Shown in pieces: positions 36,280 through 45,314 of a stretch of DNA of 64,000 nt. Every line of letters starts with the position of its first letter. Position 1 is the first letter of the stretch. A program made the translations under genes and the position numbers. The stretch is from an uncultured Woeseiaceae bacterium. GTDB taxonomy: Bacteria > Pseudomonadota > Gammaproteobacteria > Steroidobacterales > Woeseiaceae. The stretch spans positions 27,784 to 91,783 of the forward strand of contig CAZSKQ010000001.1 in the NCBI GenBank assembly GCA_964607425.1, written 5' to 3'. The notes beneath the pieces are model-generated. The model did no database searches. It was not told the DNA's origin and worked only from the letters and a program-made list of their open reading frames with translations.

Positions 36280-37872
36280 TCATGCGCCGGCCTGCCCGAG
36301 CAGGTCGCGGAGCAAACGCACACCCGGCTCCTGCAGCAGCAGGACGCCGGCAAAAAGCATGATCAATGCACCCGTCGCGGCCGCGAACGACAGCAGGTCG
36401 GCATGACGCGCGCGGCGCCGCTCGCCCAGCAGCGTCATAGTGACCTGGCCCAGCACCGGCCTGCCGAGGAACTGGCGCAGGGTCTCGACGTCGTGGAAAA
36501 CCGGCTGCGCCCGGTTCAGCACGACCGCGAGCCCGCCGGCGCTGCCGAGGCCGAATATCAGGACACCGAACAGCAACAGGGTGCGCTTCGGGCCGACCGG
36601 CTCGGCGCTCACGGTGGGAGGGGCCGTCACGTTGAAAATGACCACGTCGCTCTCTTCGTCGACCTTGCCCATGCGTTCCCGCTCCTTCTGGAGCAGGATC
36701 TCGCTGTACAGCGCGCGGTACTGGTCGTAGTCGCGATTGAGCGCGGCGAGCTGCGCCTCGACCTCCGGGATAGTGTTGATCTGCTCGCGCAGCCGTTCCA
36801 CCGCGGCCCTGTGCTGCTGGATCTGGCTCTCCAGCGTGACGATCTTCACGCTGGATTCGTTCAATGCGATCTGTGCCGTCTGGTAGACGGGATTGGTCGA
36901 GTTCGCTACGCCTTCCATCCCGCCGCTGATTTGCGCCATTGCCGCCAGCTGCGCCTGCTGCTGGGCATAGAGCTGCTCGAGCTGCTCTGTGACGGCGACG
37001 ACGTCCGGATGCTGCTCGGTAAACGTCAGCAGCAGGTTCGCGCGCTGGTTCTCGAGTTCCTTGATGCGGGCGGCCGTCGTGTTGCCGGGCACCACGGGAC
37101 CGGCCGCACCGTCCTCGGCCTGCGGCAGGTACGGTTTTTCCGACTGCAGCTGACGGCGCAACTCGCTGCGGCGATCGATCTCGATCTGCAGGTCACTTTC
37201 GACCTGGTTCAGCTTCCCCAGCTCGGCCTGCAGCCGCTCGAACACACCGCCGCTCTCGCCGGGCAGCAGGCCCACGTTCTTCTTCTTGAAGTCCGCGAGG
37301 CGGCGCTCGGCCGTTGCGAGCTGGTTCTCATAGTAGGAAAGCTGGTGCTCGAGGTAATTGTCCACCTGCTCCGTACCGCGCTCCTTCAGCTTGAGGACGT
37401 CCTCCACGAACGAATTGAGCAGCGTTTTGACGACGGCAAGCGCCATCTGCGGATCGTGGTCCTCGAAGGTGATCGTGTAGAGATTGCTCGACTGGCTCGA
37501 CCGGCCACTGTCGATCTGGATTTTTTCCCTGAGCGCGGTATACAGCGCGGCCGATTCCTCGGGGTTCTGCGCCCGCTTATCCAGCCCGGTTTCCTCTGCC
37601 ACGCGCTGCAGCTGCGGCAAGGCGAGCATGGCCTGGCGCACGACGAAGACGCGGGCACCGACACCCGGCGATACCCCGACCTGCCCCATCACCTCGGCAA
37701 GCCGTGACTGCGCATCCACGTAGACCTGCGCGTGGGCCTCGTAGATGTTCGGCATCGAGTACACCACCAGCCAGCCGACGGCGCATATGCCCCAGGCCAC
37801 TGCCAACGCCAGCCAGCGGAAGCGCCAGGCGCCTTTTATTTCGTTGCGCAGGATGTGCAGTAGTTCATGCAT
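36280..37872 (-). CDS. Polysaccharide chain-length determinant (GumC/Wzc N-terminal type)
   Basis: 530 aa. TM1 near the N-terminus (RWLALAVAWGICAVGWLVVY), long coiled-coil periplasmic region, TM2 near the C-terminus. Confidence 0.8.
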   Translation of the reverse strand: MHELLHILRNEIKGAWRFRWLALAVAWGICAVGWLVVYSMPNIYEAHAQVYVDAQSRLAEVMGQVGVSPGVGARVFVVRQAMLALPQLQRVAEETGLDKRAQNPEESAALYTALREKIQIDSGRSSQSSNLYTITFEDHDPQMALAVVKTLLNSFVEDVLKLKERGTEQVDNYLEHQLSYYENQLATAERRLADFKKKNVGLLPGESGGVFERLQAELGKLNQVESDLQIEIDRRSELRRQLQSEKPYLPQAEDGAAGPVVPGNTTAARIKELENQRANLLLTFTEQHPDVVAVTEQLEQLYAQQQAQLAAMAQISGGMEGVANSTNPVYQTAQIALNESSVKIVTLESQIQQHRAAVERLREQINTIPEVEAQLAALNRDYDQYRALYSEILLQKERERMGKVDEESDVVIFNVTAPPTVSAEPVGPKRTLLLFGVLIFGLGSAGGLAVVLNRAQPVFHDVETLRQFLGRPVLGQVTMTLLGERRRARHADLLSFAAATGALIMLFAGVLLLQEPGVRLLRDLLGQAGA

Positions 37873-38501
37873 CAGAATCGGGTCTCCGGCACCACCAGCA
37901 CGTCGCCGGCGTACATATTGATGTTTTGGGAGACATCCCCCTGCAGGAGATCGGCCACGTGCACACGGCAGCGGACCTGCTGCCCGTTCACCGTCCGCAC
38001 CAGATCCGTGCGATTGCCGGCTGCGAACTCGGTCAACCCGCCGACGGTGACGATGACGTCGAGCACGTTAAGCCCATAGCGGTACGAAATGGATTGCGCA
38101 TTCACGACTTCGCCGATGACCTGGATCTGGTTTGCCGCTCCCTGTCCGGTCACGATGACGCTGACTTCGGGCGTGCGCAGGTACTCTCCCAGCACCTTCT
38201 CCATGTCGTCGGCGAGCTGGGTCGGGGTCTTTCCCGAGGCCTGCATGTCGTCGATGAGCGGAGTGGAGATCCTGCCGTCCGGCCGGACGGGAATGGAGGT
38301 CGACAGCTCCGCGTTCCGCCAAACGACGATTTGCAGCGTATCGCCCGCACCGATGACGTAGTCGGATTCTGCTGTCGGGGGCTCGGGGCAGTCGGTCGCC
38401 CGTACGGTATCGCCACTGCTGGCGCATCCTGCTGCGCCAAGCACCGGCAGCAGCAGCAGCGCTCTCCAATGTTTACCCAAAGCTGATCCCATCCCCTGCA
38501 C
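37872..38501 (-). CDS. Outer-membrane polysaccharide export lipoprotein (Wza/OPX family)
   Basis: 209 aa. Lipobox LGAAGC. PES motif region YVIGAGDTLQIVVW, SLBB-like GDVLVVP. GTG 38501, or alternative ATG 38492. Confidence 0.85.
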   Translation of the reverse strand: MQGMGSALGKHWRALLLLPVLGAAGCASSGDTVRATDCPEPPTAESDYVIGAGDTLQIVVWRNAELSTSIPVRPDGRISTPLIDDMQASGKTPTQLADDMEKVLGEYLRTPEVSVIVTGQGAANQIQVIGEVVNAQSISYRYGLNVLDVIVTVGGLTEFAAGNRTDLVRTVNGQQVRCRVHVADLLQGDVSQNINMYAGDVLVVPETRF

Positions 38502-38759
38502 GATCCCTCACGCAACGAAGCCTTTCAATGGTTGAATTGCCGGCGCGCATAACCGCCTGTCGCGGACCGCCGGGGCAGTGCATCCTGCTCTCATAGCCTG
38601 CGACCGCGCTTGCCGATTGCACGGCGTTCTTTCTTGGCGAGCTGTATTCTAGTCGGAAAATGAGCACTTTGCCCGGAACTGATCGACAACCTGGAACTGT
38701 GATGCAGCGCAAACTCCAACACGTGATAAGCCTCCTTCCCGGCGGCGGTCGCGGGGACC

Positions 38760-39899
38760 TCAGCCCAGATCCCCGGCGCGAATGAGCCGCGCGGCCGACG
38801 CGATACTCTCGAATCGCCCGAGGCCCCGGCTCTCGACCATATTTTCCAGCACTGACAACGACTTCATCGACAGGTTCTTCGGATGCCCCATGACGTGGCA
38901 CAGGCGCATGGGCGGGTCGCGGCGAGGCAGGCGTGCGAGCCCGGCCGCTTTTGGATGGTCGACCGACAGCTCCGCGACCCGGCTCGCACCGAGCAGCCGG
39001 CGCAAAATTTCCGGTTTGCCGATGCGCTTGCCGGCACCGTCGCCGAAGACCCCGTCCTGCCGGCCGGTGAGCCGGTCGCGGACCCGGTCCCAGTAGTAGC
39101 CCAAGGGCAGTTTCTGCGGCGTCACCGGGATTTCCAGGAACCGGCCGGTGTCGTTCGGCGCCAGGGGCGAATCTTCGAAACGCCACCATTCCCGGCGCGG
39201 GGCTCGCCGGAAGTCGAAGCCTTTCTCGTCGTCCCTCAACGAAGCGCCCGGCACCACGCTGCTGTCGACGTCGATACCGCATTGCAGCAACGGGCCGGCA
39301 ATGGATGAAAACGGCTCGACACAGAAACCGCCCGCCCGGTATGACGTGGGCGCCGTACCGCAGGTCTCACCGAGGAGCCCGGCGTAGCGCCGCACGATGT
39401 CGGCCGCCTCGTCCGCGGTGAACTGCTCGAGGCGGTAGCGCGTGTCCGCGAACCTCCATCGGCCTTCCACGACCTCTGTATCCTCCCAGTGCGGGTGGAT
39501 GTGCAGGCCGATGTCGTGGCCCGCGTCCGCGATCCCGCGAATATGGCGGCGGACGCGATCGAGATCGGCGGACAGCCGCGGGCAGGTCGGCGCGAGCTGC
39601 CGCATCCGCCAGAGCATGCCGGCATCGATGTAGAACGTTATGCGATAGCCGTGCCGCCGGGCGCTCCTGAGCAATGCCTCGCAGGGCTCGAACAGGCACC
39701 TTTCGAGCGTTCCGCTCTTGTGAAAGAAAACCTCGTAGTCCTGGCTGAGGATCAGGATCGTATCGCTTGAGATCACCGGTTCATCCCGCGCTGCCTGTCG
39801 CCCGCGGCTGCAGGAGCAGCCAGCGGCGTGGGGCGTCAATGCTAACGCAATCGCGGCCGGATTCCCGAGGTGCCCGTCACGGATGGGGGTGTGAGGCAT
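38760..39899 (-). CDS. Polysaccharide deacetylase-like protein (CE4 superfamily, divergent)
   Basis: Track ORF 38760..40136 overlaps the kinase gene. Trimmed to ATG 39899 (GTG 39776 also possible). ILILSQDYEVFF, ITFYIDAGML, GHDIGLHIHPHWED suggest a NodB-like metal site. Confidence 0.5.
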   Translation of the reverse strand: MPHTPIRDGHLGNPAAIALALTPHAAGCSCSRGRQAARDEPVISSDTILILSQDYEVFFHKSGTLERCLFEPCEALLRSARRHGYRITFYIDAGMLWRMRQLAPTCPRLSADLDRVRRHIRGIADAGHDIGLHIHPHWEDTEVVEGRWRFADTRYRLEQFTADEAADIVRRYAGLLGETCGTAPTSYRAGGFCVEPFSSIAGPLLQCGIDVDSSVVPGASLRDDEKGFDFRRAPRREWWRFEDSPLAPNDTGRFLEIPVTPQKLPLGYYWDRVRDRLTGRQDGVFGDGAGKRIGKPEILRRLLGASRVAELSVDHPKAAGLARLPRRDPPMRLCHVMGHPKNLSMKSLSVLENMVESRGLGRFESIASAARLIRAGDLG

Positions 39900-39918
39900 A
39901 CCGGCCCTGCCGTGGGTA

Positions 39919-39943
39919 TTCGCGCGCGCTGCGCGCTCCTGCA
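39919..39943 (-). repeat. REP-like element, single copy
   Basis: TTCGCGCGCGCTGCGCGCTCCTGCA, between the kinase stop and the deacetylase-like gene. Confidence 0.75.
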
Positions 39944-39969
39944 ACCGGGGGCGGGGCTTCTCGCCCGAG

Positions 39970-42015
39970 TCAGCGCTCGATGGGAAGCCGTATCGAAAAG
40001 GTCGTGCCGACGCCCGGCTCCGAACCGATCTCGAGCTGCCCGCCCAGGGTGCGGACGTATTCGCGGGCCTGGTAGGCGCCGATGCCCATGGCTTCGGATC
40101 CCTTGGTGCTGTCAAAGGGGCGGAACAGGCGCTCACGGATGAATTCCGCGCTCATCCCGCAGCCGGTGTCGGCGATCGTCACGTGCGCGACGCCGTCCTC
40201 GGGCTCCAGCGCCACCGTTATCCTGCCGCCGCTGCCGGTCGCATCCTGGGCGTTGCGCACGAGATGCTCGAAAACGTTGGTAAGCCGGTCCGGGTCGGCG
40301 CTCACCGTTATCGAGCCGTCCGCGACCCGCAGTTCCGGCACCGGTTGCCGCTGGTTGCTGCGTTCGACCGCCTGCCGCAGCGCCTCCCCGAGGTCCACCG
40401 GTTCCCGCACCGGCTCCTTGGAGCGGCTTGCGAGCTGCTCCATCAGGCGCTTCATGCGGGTAACCGAGTGCGCGATAGTCGAGATCGCGTCGTCGACGAA
40501 CTTCGGATTCTGGCGGAAGCGCTCCGCGTTCCTCACCACCAGCGACTGCTGTGCGACCAGGTTGCTGAGGTCGTGCATCAAAAAAGCCGTCAGCCGGTTA
40601 TAGGTGCCGAATTGCCGGGTTTCCGCCAATCGCCGATCGGCCTCCGCCTGGCTGATGTGCGTGGCCACATGCCGGCCGACGGTCCGCAGCAGGTCGTGGT
40701 CTTCGAAGTTGAGCGCCGGCACGACGGCAGGCTTACGCAGCAGGATGAAGCCGGACAGCGTGTCCCCGAGCAAAAGCGGCACGATCAGCCACCAGTCGCG
40801 GGCCGCCGCCAGCCACGGCTCGAGCTGCAACCCGTCGTAGCGCATGGGCTCGCGCGCCATCTCCTCGATGTCGATCGTCCATTGCCGATCCTGCAGGAAG
40901 CTCACCAGGCTCGAGTTCTCGTCGATCGGCGACACCGTCGGGACCTCGCTGCGCCATGAGGCGACCGGCAGGTACGGCTCACCGTCGCCCTCTCGTACCC
41001 ACACGATACCCCCGGGGCTGTTGACGATCTGCGCGACCGCCCGGATCGAGGTCGCCGGCACGTTATCGAGCCCGGACTCGGTCAGCGTACTGATGAAACG
41101 CAGCCATTCCCGCCGGTAGTCGTACTTGTACTGGAAGAACGTTTTCATCAGGAACACGCGCACCCGCGCGCGCGTCGACGCCGACACGGTCAGGACCGAC
41201 ACCAGCGCAACCGCCGCCACGATGAAAACGACGCCCGCGACCTCGCTCCACGAACCGCCGTACGTGGTGACGTAGTAATGCCCCATCACCGTCAGCACGA
41301 CGTAGATGCCGATGGCGGCGAGCGCAAAGGAATAGAACACGATCCGGCGCGGAAACTGCACCTCGAAGGACAGGTGGAAGGTGCGCCAGATACCGACCGC
41401 GAGCGGAGCCACGAACATGCCGTTCACGAAGCCGCGCGCTGCCCAGTACTCGCGTTCGCTGGTAGCGCCCGCGATCACGAGAACAAAGGGGATGAGGTCG
41501 AAAACGAACATTCCGGCGACCGCTACGCAGAAATAGCCGATCCCCGAGCGCGCATCGACGGGCGAGTTGCGCCAGATCTGCTCGACGGCGGAGAGAATCA
41601 GGATGCAGAGCAGGAAGCCGCAGCCGACCATGGCAACCAGCGGCATCGGATCGTCCGAGCGCACGACGTACCAGCCGAACGGCAGTGCGGCGCAGGCCAG
41701 GACGATAATGCCGTAGCGCGAGGCGACGCGTTCGGCGAGCCGGGAAGGATCGATCGCGCGCAGGGTGGCGAGGAGCGCGATGAGCCAGGCAATGTAGCGC
41801 AGGATCTCGACCAGCACCGTGGTGAGGGTCGCGCCGATATAACCGAGGCTCTGCAACGCAAGCACCGCTCCCCAAAGAACGGCCGCACCCGACGCGATCG
41901 CGATCAGTGGCGACTGGGGGCTGTTCTTCCAGCGGCTGAGCAGCAACGCCGTCAGGATCGCGAAGAGGATCATCGCGATCGCGTAGCCGATGGCGGCTAT
42001 TTCGTTCGTTTGCAT
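39970..42015 (-). CDS. prsK: PrsK-like (PEP-CTERM system type) sensor histidine kinase
   Basis: 681 aa. About 8 N-terminal TM segments, GAF-like middle, H-box FLMHDLSNLVAQQS, N/G boxes HLVRNAQDA, DTGCGM, GIGAYQAR, GGQLEIGSEPGVGTTFSIRLP. Confidence 0.75.
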   Translation of the reverse strand: MQTNEIAAIGYAIAMILFAILTALLLSRWKNSPQSPLIAIASGAAVLWGAVLALQSLGYIGATLTTVLVEILRYIAWLIALLATLRAIDPSRLAERVASRYGIIVLACAALPFGWYVVRSDDPMPLVAMVGCGFLLCILILSAVEQIWRNSPVDARSGIGYFCVAVAGMFVFDLIPFVLVIAGATSEREYWAARGFVNGMFVAPLAVGIWRTFHLSFEVQFPRRIVFYSFALAAIGIYVVLTVMGHYYVTTYGGSWSEVAGVVFIVAAVALVSVLTVSASTRARVRVFLMKTFFQYKYDYRREWLRFISTLTESGLDNVPATSIRAVAQIVNSPGGIVWVREGDGEPYLPVASWRSEVPTVSPIDENSSLVSFLQDRQWTIDIEEMAREPMRYDGLQLEPWLAAARDWWLIVPLLLGDTLSGFILLRKPAVVPALNFEDHDLLRTVGRHVATHISQAEADRRLAETRQFGTYNRLTAFLMHDLSNLVAQQSLVVRNAERFRQNPKFVDDAISTIAHSVTRMKRLMEQLASRSKEPVREPVDLGEALRQAVERSNQRQPVPELRVADGSITVSADPDRLTNVFEHLVRNAQDATGSGGRITVALEPEDGVAHVTIADTGCGMSAEFIRERLFRPFDSTKGSEAMGIGAYQAREYVRTLGGQLEIGSEPGVGTTFSIRLPIER

Positions 42016-42035
42016 AACCGGTCAGCGCAAGCCCT

Positions 42036-42059
42036 GCAGGAGCGCGCATCGCGCGCGAT
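42036..42059 (+). repeat. REP-like element, forward
   Basis: GCAGGAGCGCGCATCGCGCGCGAT. Confidence 0.8.
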
Positions 42060-42114
42060 GCCACGGCGGTAGCGGGTACTCCAGCGGCCTGTGTGCTACC
42101 GCGACCGCCGTGGT

Positions 42115-42138
42115 ATCGCGCGCGGTGCGCGCTCCTAC
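42115..42138 (-). repeat. REP-like element, inverted partner
   Basis: ATCGCGCGCGGTGCGCGCTCCTAC. Contains the manB stop codon (TAG on the minus strand). Confidence 0.8.
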
Positions 42139-43631
42139 GGGGCCATCTCGTCCAGCAGCGCCAGGATCTCCCGCACTTTTTCCTGCATCAGTTCCTTGTT
42201 GCCGCGGCTTTCGACATTCAGCCGAATCACGGGCTCGGTGTTCGAGGCGCGCAGGTTGAAGCGCCACTCGTCGAATTCGAGGCTCACGCCGTCGGTCTCG
42301 TCGATGGAATTCGCGTCCGGCGCGTAGCGGTCGCGGATCGTCCGGATGGCGTGCTCCGAATCCGCCACCTTGCGGTTGATCTCGCCGCTCGCCGGGAACT
42401 TCTCCATCCGGTCGTCCACCAGCTCCGAAAGCTTGGCGCCGCGCGTCGAGACGAGCTGCGCGACCAGCAGCCACGGCAGCATGCCGCTGTCGGCGTAATA
42501 GAAATCGCGGAAGTAATGATGCGCGCTCATCTCGCCGCCGTAGAGCGCATCCTCGCGGCGCATGACTTCCTTCATGAACGAGTGACCCGATTTGCTCTGC
42601 ACGGGCCGACCACCGAACTCCTCCGCGATCTCGATCGTGTTCCAGGTGAGCCGCGGGTCGTACACGATCGCCGGCCGCCCGTCACTGGTCGCCTGCTGCC
42701 CGCCCCCGGCCGCCGGCTGCCCGTCGCTTGTCGTCGGCTGCCGGTCGCCGTAGGAGCGCGCATTACGCGCGATGCCACCATTGCCAACCGCAGCATCGCG
42801 CGCCATGCGCGCTCCTGCGGCTTCGAGCTGCGATTGCGCGAGCAGGCCGACGATGTAATAGCCCTCGATGAAGCGGCCATTTTCGTCGAAGAAAAAGCAG
42901 CGATCGAAATCCCCGTCCCACGCAATCCCGAAATCGGCTTTGCTTTCCGCAATCGCGTCGATCGTCGGCTTGCGATTCCCGGCCAGCATCGGATTCGGCA
43001 CGCCGTTCGGGAAATGCCCGTCGGGCGCGTGGTACACCTTGACGAATTCGAACGGCAGGTGCGGCTCCAGCCTGTCGAGTGTCAGGCCGGCGCCGCCGTT
43101 GCCGGCATTCGCGACGATCCTGAGCTTCGACAGGCTCGGGACGTCGATGAAAGACAAAAGCCGGTCGATGTAGCGGTCATTGATATCGATCGTCTTGCGC
43201 TCACCGGCCACCGCCGCCGCCCGCCGCCGGTCGCCCTGCGCCAGCTCGCGGATCTCCTTCAAGCCCGTGTCGCCGCTGATCGGCCGCGCCTCCCGGCGCA
43301 CGAGCTTGAGGCCGTTGTAGTCGGCGGGGTTGTGGCTGGCGGTCACCATGATGCCGCCGTCGGCCTGCAGCTCACCGGTGGCGAAGTACACCATCTCGGT
43401 GCCGCCGAGCCCGATGTCGAGCACGTCGGCGCCCGCTTCGCGCACCCCGGCGGACACCGCGTCCGCGAACTCCGTGCTGGTCAGGCGGATATCGCGCCCA
43501 AGGACGATCGTCTTGGCGTCCAGGTATTCAGCCGCCGCATTGCCGATGCGATAGGCAATATCGACGTTGAGCTCGTTCGGAATCTGCCCACGGATGTCGT
43601 AGGCCTTGAAACATTCAATATTCACTGGCAT
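42135..43631 (-). CDS. manB: Phosphomannomutase/phosphoglucomutase (CpsG/ManB type) carrying an about 42-codon REP-derived in-frame insertion
   Basis: 498 aa. CFKAYDIRG, TASHNPADYNGLK, FDGDFDRC, GEMSAHHYFRDF, TEPVIRLNVE. Colinear with E. coli CpsG as I recall it (about 456 aa), except for extra residues between GLLAQS and IVYDPRL. Confidence 0.9.
   Translation of the reverse strand: MPVNIECFKAYDIRGQIPNELNVDIAYRIGNAAAEYLDAKTIVLGRDIRLTSTEFADAVSAGVREAGADVLDIGLGGTEMVYFATGELQADGGIMVTASHNPADYNGLKLVRREARPISGDTGLKEIRELAQGDRRRAAAVAGERKTIDINDRYIDRLLSFIDVPSLSKLRIVANAGNGGAGLTLDRLEPHLPFEFVKVYHAPDGHFPNGVPNPMLAGNRKPTIDAIAESKADFGIAWDGDFDRCFFFDENGRFIEGYYIVGLLAQSQLEAAGARMARDAAVGNGGIARNARSYGDRQPTTSDGQPAAGGGQQATSDGRPAIVYDPRLTWNTIEIAEEFGGRPVQSKSGHSFMKEVMRREDALYGGEMSAHHYFRDFYYADSGMLPWLLVAQLVSTRGAKLSELVDDRMEKFPASGEINRKVADSEHAIRTIRDRYAPDANSIDETDGVSLEFDEWRFNLRASNTEPVIRLNVESRGNKELMQEKVREILALLDEMAP
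42750..42818. repeat. Inverted REP doublet inside the manB coding sequence
   Basis: GTAGGAGCGCGCATTACGCGCGAT (42750-42773) and ATCGCGCGCCATGCGCGCTCCTGC (42795-42818). Read through in frame as ...AAGARMARDAAVGNGGIARNARSYGD... Confidence 0.85.
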
Positions 43632-43697
43632 GGGCGGAACGGTCCTGGATCGCGCAAGCTGAAACCGATGCCCCGGGATTATGGCAGAAACAGCCCT

Positions 43698-43721
43698 GCA
43701 GGAGCGCGCACAGCGCGCGAA
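43698..43721 (+). repeat. REP-like element, forward
   Basis: GCAGGAGCGCGCACAGCGCGCGAA. Confidence 0.8.
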
Positions 43722-43761
43722 GCCCCGGCCACGGGCGAAGCGATGGCCGATGTTGGTGAGT

Positions 43762-43786
43762 ACCGCGCGCGATACGCCCTCCTAAG
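43762..43786 (-). repeat. Degenerate REP-like element, inverted partner
   Basis: ACCGCGCGCGATACGCCCTCCTAAG. Contains the manC stop codon. Confidence 0.55.
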
Positions 43787-45224
43787 TACTCGTTCCCTGC
43801 CGCCCGTACTTGTCCTCGAGCCGCACGATGTCGTCCTCGCCGAGGTAGTCGCCGCACTGGACCTCGATGATGTGCACGGGTTCCTCGAAGGGATTCGCGA
43901 TACGGTGGACCGTGCCGACCGGGATGTAGGTCGCTTCGTTCACGCCGAGGTCGAACTCCTCGTCGTCCCGCGTGATGCGTGCCTTGCCGCGCACGACCAC
44001 CCAATGCTCGGCGCGGTGCGCGTGCTTCTGCAGCGAAAGCACGGCTCCCGGGTTCACGATCAGGCGCTTCACCTGGAAACCCTCGGCACTGTCGATGGAA
44101 TCGTAGCTACCCCACGGCCGGAACACCTGGCGGTGCAGCTTCGCTTCTTCGCGGCCCTGGCGCTTCAGCTCGTCGACGAGCTGCTTCACGTCCTGGGCGT
44201 GATCCTTGCTCACGACCAGCACAGCGTCCTTGTCTTCGACTACCACCACGTTTTCCAGCCCGACGGCCGCGACAAGCCTGCTCCGGCCGCGAAGATAGCT
44301 CTCCCGGCAATCGTGCAGGATGACGTCGCCGATCACGCTGTTGCCGTCCGCGTCCCGCGGGCTGACGTCATGCAGCGCACTCCAGGACCCGACGTCGCTC
44401 CAGCCGGCCGTGAGCGGCACCATAGCCGCACGCCCGGTTTTCTCCATGACGGCGTAGTCGATCGAGTCGGCGGGGCTGGAACGGAACGCGTCCGGATCGG
44501 GTCGCAGGAAATCGTCGCCGGCGGCGGCGCCTTCGATGCTTTTCCGGCAGGCTTCGACGATCGCCGGTGCAAACGCAGCGAGCTCATCCAGGTAGGTGTC
44601 GGCCCGGAAGAGGAAGATACCGCTGTTCCAGAAGAAGCGATTGGTTTCGAGCAGCCTGGCCGCCGTCTGCTCGTCCGGCTTTTCCACGAAGGATGCGATC
44701 GGCGCCGCCTTCCCCTCCTGCACGTCGGCTTCGATGTAGCCGTAGCCGGTGTGCGCGCAGGTCGGCACGATGCCGAAGGTGACGAGCCGCCCGGCCGCGG
44801 CGGCAGCCTCGCCGGCCGCCAGGGCGGCGACAAAGGCGTCATTGTCCTCGATGACGTGGTCGGCCGGCATGATGAGTAACAGCGGTGACTCCGGGCCGTC
44901 GTTGCCCCGAGCCCCCTGCTCCGCGACCAGGGCCGCGAGCGCGGCCGCCGGAGCGGTATTCCGGCCTTCCGGCTCGAGCACGATCGTCGCCGGCACCCCT
45001 ATCTCCCGGAGCTGCCCGGCGACCAGGAAACGGTGCGCTTCGTTGCAGACCACGAGCGTGCCGGCGGTTACGTTCGCCTTGCCGGCGAGCCTCTGCGCGG
45101 TTTCCTGCAGCATTGTCCGCTCGCCGGTGAGCGGCAGGAGCTGCTTCGGGTACATCGATCGGGACGCGGGCCAGAGACGGGTGCCGGAACCGCCCGAAAG
45201 AATCACAGGTTGGATCGCCGTCAT
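43782..45224 (-). CDS. manC: Mannose-1-phosphate guanylyltransferase / mannose-6-phosphate isomerase (bifunctional type II PMI-GMP)
   Basis: Trimmed to MTAIQPVILSGGSGTRLWP (ATG 45224). C-terminal cupin HRAEHWVVV.G.A. 480 aa. Confidence 0.9.
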   Translation of the reverse strand: MTAIQPVILSGGSGTRLWPASRSMYPKQLLPLTGERTMLQETAQRLAGKANVTAGTLVVCNEAHRFLVAGQLREIGVPATIVLEPEGRNTAPAAALAALVAEQGARGNDGPESPLLLIMPADHVIEDNDAFVAALAAGEAAAAAGRLVTFGIVPTCAHTGYGYIEADVQEGKAAPIASFVEKPDEQTAARLLETNRFFWNSGIFLFRADTYLDELAAFAPAIVEACRKSIEGAAAGDDFLRPDPDAFRSSPADSIDYAVMEKTGRAAMVPLTAGWSDVGSWSALHDVSPRDADGNSVIGDVILHDCRESYLRGRSRLVAAVGLENVVVVEDKDAVLVVSKDHAQDVKQLVDELKRQGREEAKLHRQVFRPWGSYDSIDSAEGFQVKRLIVNPGAVLSLQKHAHRAEHWVVVRGKARITRDDEEFDLGVNEATYIPVGTVHRIANPFEEPVHIIEVQCGDYLGEDDIVRLEDKYGRQGTST

Positions 45225-45314
45225 AGCTTTGGACTCTAGACCAAGTGGCAGGCTTGAACAATCGAACGGCCCGGGGAGCACCCCGGGGGCTATCCTATCG
45301 GCTTGCCGCTTACC

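Noticed and set aside
38599-38615. Sigma-54-like cGGCAAG-N-TCGCA on the minus strand upstream of the export operon.
   Set aside because: The GG-to-GC spacing is one nucleotide too long and several consensus positions mismatch.
42066-42077. ops/JUMPstart-like GGCGGTAGCGGG between two REP copies. A similar GGCGTAGCGG occurs in the 45.3-kb repeats.
   Set aside because: It lies on the plus strand while all adjacent genes are on the minus strand. It is part of the REP spacer or repeat unit and is not upstream of a polysaccharide operon.
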